From: Camelus dromedarius
Taxonomy: Eukaryota
DNA length: 64,000 nt
Direction: 5' to 3'
Assembly (NCBI RefSeq): GCF_036321535.1
Contig: NC_087437.1
Coordinates: forward strand, 23,314,001 to 23,378,000
Part shown: one piece after another, positions 1 to 12,190 of the stretch
Position numbering within the stretch: the stretch's first letter is position 1
How the letters are laid out: every line of letters begins with the position of its first letter
Notes under the pieces: generated by a model
Seen by the model: only the letters and a program-made list of their open reading frames with translations
What the model was told of the DNA's origin: nothing
The model's database searches: none
Translations under genes and position numbers: made by a program

Positions 1-398
1 TTTACAATAACCTGGTGAAGGTGAGGTAGGGTAGATCCTATAGCCATTCTGTAGACCAGCATCCTGGGGCTTGGGGAGATGTTTGTCGCAGCTGAATGGT
101 TCTTTCCAGGACATAAATTATTTTAAATGGTAATAAGACTCCCAGAATATCCTCTCCCCATTGCTTGCCCCAAACAAGCTAAGAGACATAATAAGAATTA
201 CATGAAAGGGACAAACCAAAGGTATACTTGAGATTTTAATATTTACTCCCAGTTGAGAGTTACTCGTGCCGCCTGCTACGTCTAGGGTCTCTGTGGTGAT
301 GGGCCCTGCATTACAAATGTAAAGGACCACAAGAAGCTTGCTTCTGTAGGGATGCTTGTCAGTTACCTGTATCCCTTGTGCAGTGATGTATTGCAAAC

Positions 399-743
399 TG
401 TGGATAATGTTAAGTCCATAGACAGAAAATTCAGATACGGAAACCCTAATGTGATGGTATTTGGAGATGGGCCTTTGGGAGGTAATTAGGTCATGAAGGT
501 GGATTCCTATGATGAGACTCATTTCCTTTGAAGAGGAACAAGATAGCCAACTCTCTCTGCTGTCCACCATGTGAGGATACAAGATGGCCATCTACAAACC
601 AGGAAGTGGGCCCTCACCAGACACCAAATCTGCCAGAACCTTAGTCTTGGACTTCTCAGCCTCCAGAATTGTGAGAAATAAAAGGTTTTCTGTTTAAACC
701 ACAGCGGCTATAGTGTTCCTGTTCTAGCTGCGGGACCTAAGAC
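399..743 (+). mobile_element. MaLR solo LTR, MLT1A-like
   Basis: Typical MLT1 blocks: aatgtgatggtatttggagatgggcctttgggaggtaattaggtcatga; ccatgtgaggatacaagatggccatctacaaaccaggaag; ttggacttctcagcctccagaattgtgagaaataaa; ends ctaagaca. Confidence 0.85.
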
Positions 744-1129
744 ATCTACATAGGAGAGGAAACAACGTGGGATTTGGAGCTCGGCAAATTCTGGATTTCG
801 CTATTGCCTGGACATTTAAACAACTAAGCAGACGTTTAGTGATAAAGAACACATCTTGATAGTGAATATGAATACTCACTAAAATGAACTGCAGAGTGAT
901 CACAATAAAAATTAGACTCCCCAAGGAGATAATCACATAATGCTCACATGCAGAAAGGCTTTAACACTATTTATAACAGAAGCATCTGGCAATACCCAGA
1001 TGTCCTACAACTTCTCTGTGGAAGGAAAAACCAGCCATAACTCAATGGACCAGTATTAGAAAACATGATTTAGGTGTTTTTCCCCTTGAATGACTATTGA
1101 TTGGAATAATGCAGAAATATATTCCACAT

Positions 1130-1225
1130 AGTTTAACTCAATTAAAAAATATATTGTGTGCAAAATATGTGCAAAATCCTGTGAGGTACTGGGGGATACG
1201 TAGAAATGAGTAAGACATTATCTTA
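1130..1225 (-). mobile_element. L2 3'-end fragment
   Basis: Degenerate match to the reverse L2 tail (…aaatatattg…tatgtgc…ctgtgaggtactgggggatac…agtaagac). Confidence 0.5.
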
Positions 1226-1489
1226 AAACTAATTTCTGTTGTTGAATTTGTAAGGTATCCAAGCAGGCTCTGTATGCATAAAACCACATGCCCTGATTAA
1301 TGTATCTCATCATAAGCAAGTGCTGATTAGTTTAGGTTCCTGATATGAAATGAAGTATAAGTAAATATCAAGCACTGCAGGATAATTTAATATTTCATTT
1401 ACTTGTATTAATTACCTTATTAATGATTTGCTCCTTTAAATTACTTCCATACACATATTACCTCAAAATTTGTTATATTGATAAGAATT

Positions 1490-1700
1490 ATGAATAATTA
1501 CAATTTTACTATTAAATATATCACTACTTAAAATTTATATAAATGTATTAAATTTATATTAATATATTACTATTTTAAATACATAACTATTTTTAAACTA
1601 TTTAAGTAGTTTTAAAAGCATTGCTTGATTTATAATGATTTCAGAAATTGTGGTAGAATCTAATAAATTTATTATTAATTAATTTTCTATTTGAATTCAA
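1490..1700. repeat. AT-rich low-complexity tract
   Basis: Almost entirely A/T, with degenerate aatatat(c/t)actA-like units. Confidence 0.6.
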
Positions 1701-2635
1701 GTACATTTCCCAAGTTTTAGTCTTTATATGTTCATCATACACAGCACTAATAGTGTGAATGGTAGGTTATACTTTTATATTAGTATGCCTGAAAAGATGA
1801 AATAGATGGATAATTCTCAATATGCATCTCTGGTTTCCAGTAGAGATTTCTTATCATAGTATCTGTGTAGGTATTGGCCATGACAAAGAGAAGTTTCTTC
1901 CATGATAATACTATTGCTCTCACCTCCTATCTCATCCATTTTCTATAACAAAATTCTATAATTACTCCTGTGTGGCGTTATGAATCGTATAATGTGATGA
2001 TTCAAAAAACTTATTTTTGGTCAGTACATTCATAAGCATATGTCTATCTAGGTCTGTATCTGATTCTATGTCTATAATCATCTCTCCAAATTCCTAAAAT
2101 AATGTCAAAGGAGAAGGGTGACTGAAAATGTTCTATGTGAGAAGGGGCTGGGAAAACGTCCAAAGGTAAATTACCCAAAATACAGTGCAAACTCATTTTC
2201 AAGGCAGGTAGCTGGTTTTAAGAGTCCTCAGTAAAAAGTGTAACCAAGCCACGTCAAGACAAAGCAGCTGCATGAATTGGAGGTCTGAGACACACACCTA
2301 AACCCTGTTCATTTGCTTATCTGCCCATGAGTCAGGTTTCCAGATTTGTCTTCAGCATCTGTGGAAAATCTGCTTCTTACATCAACACTGAGCCATCAAG
2401 GGCACATCGCCAAGTTCCTTCTGTAAAATGGATGGTGACAAACACCGCGTAAAGGTTGCTGGGGCATCTCTCAGTTTCTCCAACAAATTCTTCACTAGTT
2501 TGAGTAGAACAACATGCGAGTTAGAAAGTAAAGAAACCTAAATTTGGGTTTCAAAAATCTAACCCACCACAATGGTAAGAGCTACAAAAGCTTGCCACTT
2601 CTGTCCTGACTCAGCCACTTAGAAAGTCATTCTTT

Positions 2636-3492
2636 TCAATATGACTAATTATCAGAGAAGTGCAAGTCAAAACTACAATGAGGTATCACCTCACACCAGT
2701 CAGAATGGCCATCATTAAAAAGTCCACAAACGATAAATGCTGGAGAGGCTGTGGAGGAAAGGGAACCCTCCTACACTGCTGGTGGGAATGTAGTTTGGTG
2801 CAGCCACTATGGAAAACAGTATGGAGATTCCTCAAAAAACTAAAAATAGACTTACCATATGACCCAGCAATCCCACTCCTGGGCATATATCTGGAGGAAT
2901 TTCTAATTCAAAAAGATACATGTACCCCAAAGTTCATAGCAGCATTATTTACAATAGCCAAGACATGGAAGCAACCTAAACGTCCATTGACAGATGACTG
3001 GATAAAGAAGTTGTGGTATATTTATACAATGAAAAACTACTCAGCAGTAAAAAAGAATAGAATAATGCCATTTGCAACAACATGGATGGACCTAGAGATG
3101 ATCATACCAGAAAGAATACCACGTATCACCCATATGTGGAATCTAAAAAAAGAAAAAGAAAGAAGAAAGAGGACACTAATGAACTCCTCCACAAAACAGA
3201 AACAGACTCACAGACATACTAAACAATCTTATGGTTACTGGGAGGACGGGGGTGGGAAGGGACAAATCTTGGAGAGATTTCCAAGTGTTAACTATATACA
3301 AAAATAGGTAAAAAACAAATTTCTTCTGCATAGCACAGGGAATTATATTCAATATCTTGTAATAACCTTTAATGAAAAAGAATATGAAAGTGAATATATG
3401 TATGTATATGCATGACTGGGACATTATGCTGCACACCAGAAATTGACACATTGTAACTGACTATACTTCAATTAAAAAAACAAAAAAGAAAG
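2636..3492 (+). mobile_element. Young 5'-truncated LINE-1: ORF2 C-terminus, 3' UTR and A-rich tail
   Basis: ORF 2660-3307 reads [13 protein letters not shown]…[19 protein letters not shown] (intact ORF2 CCHC motif)…[10 protein letters not shown]; followed by an L1 3' UTR and ttcaattaaaaaaa tail. Confidence 0.95.
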
Positions 3493-3984
3493 ACAACAGA
3501 GAAATTTTTTTTAAAAAGGACTCATTTCTTCTACATTATTGAGAACTGATAGCCATGAGTGGGGTTGGGGACATTAGAAGTGGCAAAAAGGAGATGACAT
3601 TTGGCCAATACACTTAAGGGGTTCCCATTTTAGTTTGGAGCTGAGGTCTGCAAATGGACACTCCAAATGTTTATCCTCAAGGAAGAGGATTTGCAGCTCT
3701 TGCTAATATTCTCCAATTGACTATAGCATGCATATCTAAAAAATGTCTATAAATATATACACAGAGATATGTATGTTTTTACTTTATACAAGCCCATTTT
3801 CAAGTACTTCAGTCCACACACACTTATATTGAATTTTCTTTTCATCTGATTTCTGATTAATATTTATAGTTCATGAGAATCCAGGGACACACTTTAACAC
3901 TCATAACTGCATTTTCTTGTTTCCAGAAACTTGAAGGCAGCAATATTCAAAGAACTGATATTACTATGAGATCAACCTATAGAA

Positions 3985-4219
3985 ACAGACTGGGATTTCA
4001 AAATTTGTAGATAGTGAAAGGCATATGCAGAATAGATAAACAAGATTATACTGTATAGCACAGGGAAATATATACAAGATCTTGTGGTAGTTCACAGTGA
4101 AAAAAAAATGTGACAATGAATATATGTATGTTCATGTATAACTGAAAAATTCTGCTCTAACTGGAATTTGACACAGCATTGTAAAATGACTATAACTCAA
4201 TAAAAAAAGTTAAAAAAAA
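3985..4219 (+). mobile_element. LINE-1 3' UTR-only copy, same subfamily as 51184-53550
   Basis: Highly similar to 53325-53555 (gggatttcaaaatttgtagat…gactataactcaataaaaaaagttaaaaaaa). Confidence 0.9.
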
Positions 4220-6631
4220 TTTTTCTTTTTTAAGAGATGAAAGTATCAGATGTAGCTACCAATAGCCGAGAAAAGTATTTTACGAATGGAATTGCTTTCT
4301 CTGTATATGTTGCCTTAAGTTTGCTTTAGTGAATCAAGCCCACTGCTTCAAAGACTCGCAATAATATGGGCATTGTTTCCATTGTAGACGATTAACTAGT
4401 CCAGCTCCCTGTAACTTAAAAGGTAAGCTAATTATTGTTTGCGATATTAAAGTTATGATGCCCTGAACCCAAAAAGTAACAGTGGAAAGGTTTCACAAAA
4501 TCACAGATCCAGTGCTCTGATACCAAGATTTACTTTCAAAGCCTCCAATATTCAACCATTTATGTAAACTCATAATGCAAATCCGTAACGGAGCATTGGG
4601 AAGCATGTAGAAAGAGCCATCTAGGAAAAGAAATCACTTTCAGGTAAACTGGAATGACTATTCTGACTTTGGGGCAGTAAGTCCCCAGACACTGTGGTGG
4701 ATTCATCTGCACGGGCTCACTGCCCTTGTGGGCAGGAGAGGAGCAGCGTTGTTTGGGTGAGTTATTGAGGGGACATCTGTGAAGTGACAGATGTCTGGCG
4801 CCTGGGCAGTGCTGGGTAAGCTCATGTTTTGTTTATGAAGCAGCCTCTCTGGGAAAAAAAAAAAAAAAAGACATTTCTCTTTATACTTGTCTCAGCAGAG
4901 CCTAAAATCACACTTCTCTATAAGGGGTACGTGATTTATGTATTAACCTAAGTAATGTTCCTCTTTTCTCTTTATTGCAGAAATGATTCCAATAGACACA
5001 CTCCATGGGCAGACGCCCTTTTCTGCGGCTTTGTTTACTCACTTCAAATAAAGTGTGTGGCAGTGTGGATTTTTTTAAAGGTCAGTTCTCAGGAAGATGA
5101 GGAGAGTTTAGATTCCAAATACATTTTCAGCACCTGAAACATCTGTTCTTCTCTTTCATTCCCCAAATTCGAACTAGACCCGAGGCTCTGTTTCTATGGC
5201 TTCAGCAGTTGTTGTCAGAGTTATTTCGACTACAAACAGACTTTTCAATTCTCCTGCTTTTGTGCTAGCTCCATAGTTTTAAGCCTTATCTTGGGCTTTT
5301 CTTCTTCTACTCTTTGATCCTGGGCCAGAGAAATCTTAAAAGGCAAAGCGAATTCGTGGTGTTTGCTCATTTTTAACTTTACAGTTCTAAGACAGAAATA
5401 TCAGAAGCATTAGAAACCTTTACCCCGGGACAAGTGAGTCAGTGGCTGCAGAGACACACATGCCACTAACTTATTCTCAGGGACATATGTAACAGTGTGA
5501 CTGCATACGTGTGTGTATTTCTGCTATCGTATTTACAGTTCTACTGGTGAAAACCCTTCAAACTGGAAGATAATGGAGCGGTGGGCTGAAAAATAGTAGA
5601 CACATTAGAAAATACTTTGAAAAGACAAGAGTGGGGAGTTTAAGCTTGTGCTAATGTCTAAAGGAGGCAAATGTTGATGCCTTTTTTGCCAAGGGTATAA
5701 ATTTCCTATAGAAACAGACAAAATATTTTATATAAAGAAACTCTGTTAAATAAAAAGGAACTCTTGTGCAACTTTTTTTAGCAATGTTTTAAAATGATCA
5801 CCAAGGGTGTCAGGAATAACAAAGGATGATTGGATATATCACACTCTATGTTGTAGTCAGAAATGAGGCAAATTTGGCGGTAGCCCTGGTTTTTTTGTTT
5901 TTGTTTTTTGTACGTATCATTGAGAATTTCCTTTGGTCTTCTGCCTTTCAGAGAATGTAGGGGAGTCAGCATATTTCTTCGTAAGACAATTTTCAAATTA
6001 AGGCTTATGTGAATTGCACGTTTTTAGTTGGTTTTTTTTTTTTTTTTTTTTTTTTTGAGTGGTGGGTTAAAGTCTGAACTCTGAGTTTGGCAAAGAAAGC
6101 CAGTGGGATCCTGGAGGGCACATTTTGAGATCTCCGACTCCTAGCGTGTGACCACCCAGCCTGAGAGCAGACTGCCACCTGCTGCTGTGAGACAGAGGGG
6201 CACATGGCCTGTCGGATTCTGAGCATCTTCTCATTGGCCTCTGACTCACCAATCCTCACCGGAGCATCAGTCCCATTCTGGCCTTCACCTCTTTAGAGAT
6301 CTTATGCAGAGAAGAGGAAAAAAATGAAAAGGAAAAGACTGAAGGATTATAAAATACTATCTCTTAAGGAAGAAGAAAAGCAAGAGAATTTTTTAGTTTC
6401 TAAAGAAGTAATTTGAGTAGAGAAACAGTTGAGTAATTCTGTAGAGCCCAGGAGACACTCTTCAGAACAGAATAGCAGGAACTGGTTTCAAACTGTAGCA
6501 TAGGAGCTATATACATAACAATGCTCCAACAGCAAGGATAAACACAGCCACAGACAAAGCTTTGGGATAATGGTCCTTGTCAAGGAAATAATGCGGTATT
6601 CATGTATTTGACCAAAGTCAGTTGCTGACTC

Positions 6632-6669
6632 TTTAAGGCCTTTGTTAAGATTTAAGGCCTTTGTTAAGA
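6632..6669. repeat. Perfect 19-bp tandem duplication
   Basis: tttaaggcctttgttaaga at 6632-6650 and 6651-6669. Confidence 0.9.
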
Positions 6670-7019
6670 TTAAAGCTTGGGGCTAATCTTTGGGCATGTT
6701 TTGTTTATCGATTTTCTTTTTTTAGAGTTGAGAAGTTCTGCTAGCCACTTGTACTGTGATCCAAATTATGACTTTAAAACCCAAAAGGCTCAGTTAACCG
6801 TATTTCAGTGGTGGAAAGGCAACATGTTGAAATGATTTTTTTTCTGTCTTTCTTGTTTATATATAAGATTGAATTGCTCCATGTGATTCTGAGGTTGGCT
6901 TTCGCTTATGAATTTTATTTTACTATTTTTAAGGCTCTCGGGAAAAGCAGTGTTCAAAACCCAAACTGCTGACTTTGAGGCAAATCCAAGGGCAGGAGTG
7001 ATTGATGGCAATTAGTTTA

Positions 7020-7200
7020 TACTATCAAACACAGTCATTGAAATTCTCGAGTCTCACTCCCCAGTCTTACACAGGAGGAAAACAGGAGATCAGTACTTGA
7101 AGTTAATGGCCCACTATCACAGTGCTATTTAGGAGTAAAAGGGCGACAAGCGTCCCATCTCCTGAAATTCAGAGCCCTGCCCTTTGCACTGATCCACAGT
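7020..7200 (-). mobile_element. MIR SINE fragment
   Basis: ccccagtcttacacaggaggaaaacaggagatcag…ttaatggccca resembles the reverse MIR core. Confidence 0.5.
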
Positions 7201-8215
7201 TCCCCTTAAATATAAGGCAAGAGGATAAGAGACACATATTCCTTCATGCTGAATAACACCAATGACTAAACAGACAAAGGTTATCCTTAAGTAATAATTC
7301 TCAGGGGGAGAGAAGAGGTACATTTTTATATTTGGAGGAAAAAAATGATCTATCTTTAAAAAACAGTGTCTCTATAAATTTCCCACTTAAGGAATACAGA
7401 GAGGTGACAGTAGGCATGTTTACAAGACCTGAGACAGATTTTCAGAATGTCATTGCATTGGGTCAGCCTTGAAATGCCTCCCGACTTTGTTCATCCTCTT
7501 CACAGGTATAATATGCTCTTATTCTTTTGTTTGAGAATAGCCAGTTCTGCTATGGAAAACCAGAACACAGATGAGCTGTATGAAACTCACAAAATGTATA
7601 AAAAAGCAGGGAGTACAGCATGTATTAAACCGAAAGAATAGATGGACCAAGAGAGTTAATATTCATGAGACTCTCTTAATTATAAGAGGTACCTGAGCTT
7701 TAAAATATACAAGGGACATTGAATATTTGGGTAAGTAAATATACATGAACACTCATTATGTACGAGGTCTTAATTTGGCCACCTATTGACGACACCGTTT
7801 TGGTCCCATGTGTCCTTTACCCAAGAAACACAATGAAACCCATGGCTATTCAGTAGGTTAACTGCTCCCCAGCTTTGGCCAGGTGTCCTTGTCCCTGTTT
7901 CTTGCTAGTGCGCATCAGTGGCTCATTGTACCTTCAATCCATGGGCAGTTTCGCTCACATCTTAACTCTAATTCTCTTAACTACACTGCTGGAGCAGTTC
8001 GGAGGCTGATGTGGCACAGCGAGGAACAAGGCACGTGAACATTGTGCACCCAGGATTCAAGTAGTATGCTAGGACCCCATCTTAACTGTGCAAGCTCATG
8101 TCATCTCCTTCTCCTTCCTTCTTACTGTATGTTTTAAATTCCTTTAACCAACCATATGATTTGAGCAATTTACTTTTTGGTTTATGAGCTATTCTATCTT
8201 TTACCTCTGGAATAG

Positions 8216-8702
8216 TATATTAGTTTCCTATTGCTTCTGTAACAAATTACCACAAACTTAGTGGCTTAGAATGACACAAATTTATTATCTTTTAGTTCCA
8301 AAGGTCAGAAGCGCAATACGGATCTCACTGGCTAAAATTCAGGTGTCAGCAGGGCTGTGTTCCTTTCTGGAAACTCCAGGGGAGAATCCCTTTTGTTGCC
8401 TTTTCAGCTTCTAGAGCCCACCCTAATTCCTTACCTTATGGCCCCTTCCATTTTCAAATGGAAGAGTTGCTACAATGCCATCTCCCTGGTTCTGACCTTC
8501 CTGCCTCATGTTCCCCATTTTAATGATCCTTGAGATCACAGTAGGCCCACTGGGATAATTAGGTATAATCACTTACCACACAGGTAGAATTAGCAACCTT
8601 AATTCTGTCTTCAACCTTACTTCTCTCCTGCCAATATCCTATATACATGGGCATGGATTAGGATATGGACTTTTAGGGGAGGTCACTTTTCTACCCACTA
8701 TA
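8216..8702 (-). mobile_element. MaLR solo LTR, MLT1C/D-like
   Basis: tattagtttcctattgcttctgtaacaaattaccacaaacttagtggctta…tcagcagggctgtgttcctttctgga…ggggagaatcc. Confidence 0.85.
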
Positions 8703-8980
8703 GATAGCTCACCTGAAACTGTATCTATGGACAACCACTGTATACAGGTAACTTTCCACGTGACTACTGGACTCATTCCCTCAGCAATCCTTTAATATTG
8801 ATTTACTACCATATGTATTGCTGACCTAAGGAATCCTCTTCCTAAAGGCTTCTCTCCCCAGCTTCCACATAGAGCCAGAAAGCTTGCAGCTCTACCGTGC
8901 CCCTCGCCCTGATACTATCAGGGATCATGGAGCTAAAGATGAAACCCTGAACCTGTCAACTGCAGTTATTAATGCAAAAA

Positions 8981-9097
8981 GTGACCAACCATCCTGGTTT
9001 GCTTGGGACTGAGGGGCTTCCTGGAATCCAGGACTTTTGGTGCTAAAACTGAGACAGCCTTGAGCAAACCAGGACATCAAACCTCTTTCTAACCCTC
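8981..9097 (-). mobile_element. hAT-Blackjack MITE, MER81-like
   Basis: gtgaccaaccatcctggtttgcttgggactgagggg…ggacttttggtgctaaaactgagacag…gcaaaccaggac, with the internal inverted repeat cctggtttgc/gcaaaccagg. Confidence 0.75.
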
Positions 9098-9179
9098 TTG
9101 CCTATCTGCTCAGTAGCTCCGTCAGGCCCTGGAATTAGAGATGATACTTTTCCTGTAATGGTCAGTCTTGGGCAAGGAA

Positions 9180-9325
9180 TCAAAGCACCATGGCTCTGTG
9201 GCTTAAGTATCTATGGACCTGAGAGCATATCACCTAACTTTTCTGCTCCCAAGTTTGCTAGATGGTAGAATAAAGTGTCTGGTGAAATCATCACAAAGTT
9301 TTCTTTCAATTCTAAAATGCTATGC
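9180..9325 (+). mobile_element. MIR/MIR3 fragment
   Basis: Degenerate core plus the 3' motif ctttcaattctaaaatgctatg. Confidence 0.4.
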
Positions 9326-11127
9326 TGTTTTTATTTGTCTATTTTGGTGAAATTATTACTAAGTGGCTTTGAAGTAGGTTACAGAAGAGTTCAGGGCTAG
9401 GGCTCTGTTCTTCGGTTACCAGATTCCCCACTAGCCATGCACAGAGTAGCTGTTTAAGGCTCCCACCGTTTTTTGGCTATTTACATAGAAAGTACTTTGG
9501 CTCTTTCTGGAGTTTTCCCAGATCCAAACAAATCTTTGAAGTTTGGGGCATCTAAAGCTTTTAAATAGAGTGAGCAAGCATATAATTAGGCTTGGGTTTC
9601 TCTTATGGCTTATTCCAAGATGTTCCAGAATTCTGTAAGTAGTGATGCTCTATGTTTGTATGTGCATTTGTGGCAACATGGTTGTTTCAGAAATACATTT
9701 TTTTTCCCTGCACCACAAATGGAAATACAAATTGCTGATTCAATAAAATACTCTGGAAAGCAGATGTCTTAAGATACAGAAAAAAAAGAGGATGAAATTG
9801 AATTCTGTAACAGTACATGGATAAATACAGGGCTTGCACAAAATAATTGATGATTAATGTCTTCACAGTGAAAAGTTAGGATATGTAGGATTTGGGTTGG
9901 AGGTGAGAAAGGGAGGCTATTTCAACACCATTGAGGGAAGTTCCTAGTTTATCGTTTCAGAATGCATATTCTCCAGGGAAGGGAGTTAGAGAAACGGCTA
10001 AAACTTCATGGCCACTTGTGGTTGTTAGGAAAAATGGCCCTTTGCTATGTTACCTGTTTCATTCCTGCCCAGTGTATACACTGTATCTCCCGTGGCCAAC
10101 TTTTACAGCCCAAACCAGGCATTCCAGACAGCCCCCAGAAGTTGTCTTTTTTTCTTTTTTTTAAGATATCCCATATCACTTCCTTTGAATGCAAGGAATC
10201 CAACAGGGAGGTCACCAAACACTGCATTTGTCCTCCTTAAACTTGCCTGCACTGCTGTATACATAAAGAAGTCCTTGACCTTTCCTGATGGGCAGTGGCA
10301 GGGACTCTGGACTAAGGAGCCGAAAGGTTGTGTATAATTTATGTTTTGCTACTTCTTTTCCCCATACAATACCAACAGAAGAGTAAGAAAAAGTGAAGAT
10401 GGGCAGATTCAAGAAGCATTTGTGAGTCTGGTTTTTAAAAAGGGACTCAATAGCCCATCTCTCTGGTCTACTGTGAGGAGAGATAGAGAATGTCATTTCT
10501 GCCATCTTCTCCTTTGCTGCTTCTCTGTGTCCTGTAGCCTAAAGGAATTATAAGCTGGCCATCACAGTGGCAATCTTTTTTGTTCAACATAGTCCTTTCC
10601 TTTTCTAATATTGCCTGCTTAGGGTGTAACAACAGGCACGAAAATGGGCCTTTAGAACTTGATAAAATTGCTGTATCAAAAAATCAGACAGATAGATGTG
10701 GTCAGGTAAAACTGGGAGCACCACCACACGCTGCTTGTTCAGGGAAAGCAGAGGCAAGTACATCTGATTCATAGATGAAACTTGCCAAGAAGCCTGTGGC
10801 TTCATGCATCTGTCTGGGATGTGAGATCAGGCTGAGTTTCACCAGTGAGTGGCTGACTAAGTCCTCATGAGGACTGAGAGCCTCGTATGCCTCTTGTATG
10901 TTTAGTACCCACTGGGGCCATCTCTTTTACCGATAGTATTCACATGCTCTGCTTTACTTTATTTATGGCTACCATGTCTCTTGAGCTTATTTTTTGTTGC
11001 TTAACACGTTTTGAGTTTCTTCCATTCCACTTGTTTTGTATGCTATAGAAAGTCTGAATATTCTAAAACAATAAAGTAAATACACATTATGCTTTATTAG
11101 AAAATGTGTAAGAAATGTATAATCACT

Positions 11128-11445
11128 CAAGACATAGGGAAAAAACAAAAAAACTTAGGTTGCCAAAGGAGAAAATGGGGGAGAGGGAAAAATTAGAAGT
11201 TTGGGATTAGCAGGTTAACAAACTAATATATATAAAACAGATAAAAAACAAGGTCCTACTGTATAGCACAGGGAACTATATTCAGTATCATGTAGTAAAT
11301 TATAATGGAAAAGAATCTGAAAAAGGATATATATATGTATATATAAACTAAATCACTTTGCTGTACACCTGAAACTAATACAACATTGTAAATCAACTAT
11401 ATTTTAATAAAAAAATAAAATTAGAAAACCCCTAGGTTTTAAAAA
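11128..11445 (+). mobile_element. LINE-1 3' UTR copy, older cetartiodactyl-type subfamily
   Basis: aacaaggtcctactgtatagcacagggaactatattcagtatc…tgctgtacacctgaaactaatacaacattgtaaatcaactat; degenerate TSD aagaaatgtataatcact (11110-11127) / aagaagtatatagtcatt (11446-11463). Confidence 0.9.
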
Positions 11446-11664
11446 AAGAAGTATATAGTCATTTTACTATGATGTTAATATATGGAGTATACTTTTGTGT
11501 CTCTATTGATGGTCTTGTTGTCCAAGTTTTTCCTATAATTATGTTAAAATATAAGTTGGATATATGAATGTCTATGTTGTTATTAAATAAAAGGGTTAAA
11601 GATTAAAAAAATGAATGTCTTCTTACTATCTTCTTACTATGCTTAAATGAGTAACTCTAGTCAG

Positions 11665-12190
11665 CATTTATTAATTCAACATATATATTTTTTCCTCTTG
11701 TTCTTTTTTTAATCAAAGTATAGTCAGTTACAATATGTCAGTTTCTGGTGTACAGCATAGTGTTTCAGTCATACATATACATACGTATTAGTTTTCATAA
11801 TGGTATTAGTTTTCATAATTTTTTCATTATAGGTTACTATAAGATACTGAATATCGTTCCCTGTGCTATACAGAAGAAATTTGTTACTATATATAAAATA
11901 GATAAGAAAACAAAAAAAATAGGTTTTTAAGAGCGTAAAACAACAATCTTCTGATAAAGACAGTAAATGGTAAATAAAGAAATGTATAATTACAAACTGC
12001 TCAATATGTTCTAAGGAAAGTGAAAAGATTATAATTACAGAAAAATGTGTTGGTTTCGGGAAGAGACAGTGAAGAGGGACACCAGGGAAGGCTTCTAAGA
12101 AGGTAATATTTGGCCTGAAAAAAGGAGTCAGCCACACAAAGAGAAGGGAAAAGAACATTCTAGTTTTAATTCTAACGGCTAGGAACATAC
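11665..12190 (-). mobile_element. L2 3' region interrupted by an L1
   Basis: catttattaattcaacatatatatt start; resumes with ataattacaaactg…gggaaggcttctaagaaggtaatatttg…gaacattcta. Confidence 0.6.
11704..11914 (-). mobile_element. Young L1 3' end with an inverted 5' segment
   Basis: Poly(T) plus reverse L1 3' UTR to ~11885, then plus-orientation ttactatatataaaatagataagaaaacaaa; internal 17-bp duplication gtattagttttcataat (11785-11801, 11803-11819). Confidence 0.85.

Noticed and set aside
118..591. 157-aa minus-strand ORF
   Set aside because: Begins within an MLT1 LTR read antisense; no recognisable domain
2620..3530. TSD for the L1 at 2636 (agaaagtcattcttt vs aaggactcatttctt)
   Set aside because: Too many mismatches for a young element; not supported
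6032..6300. Long poly(T) as the tail of a minus-strand retrocopy
   Set aside because: No poly(A) signal, TSD or recognisable gene or TE upstream on the minus strand
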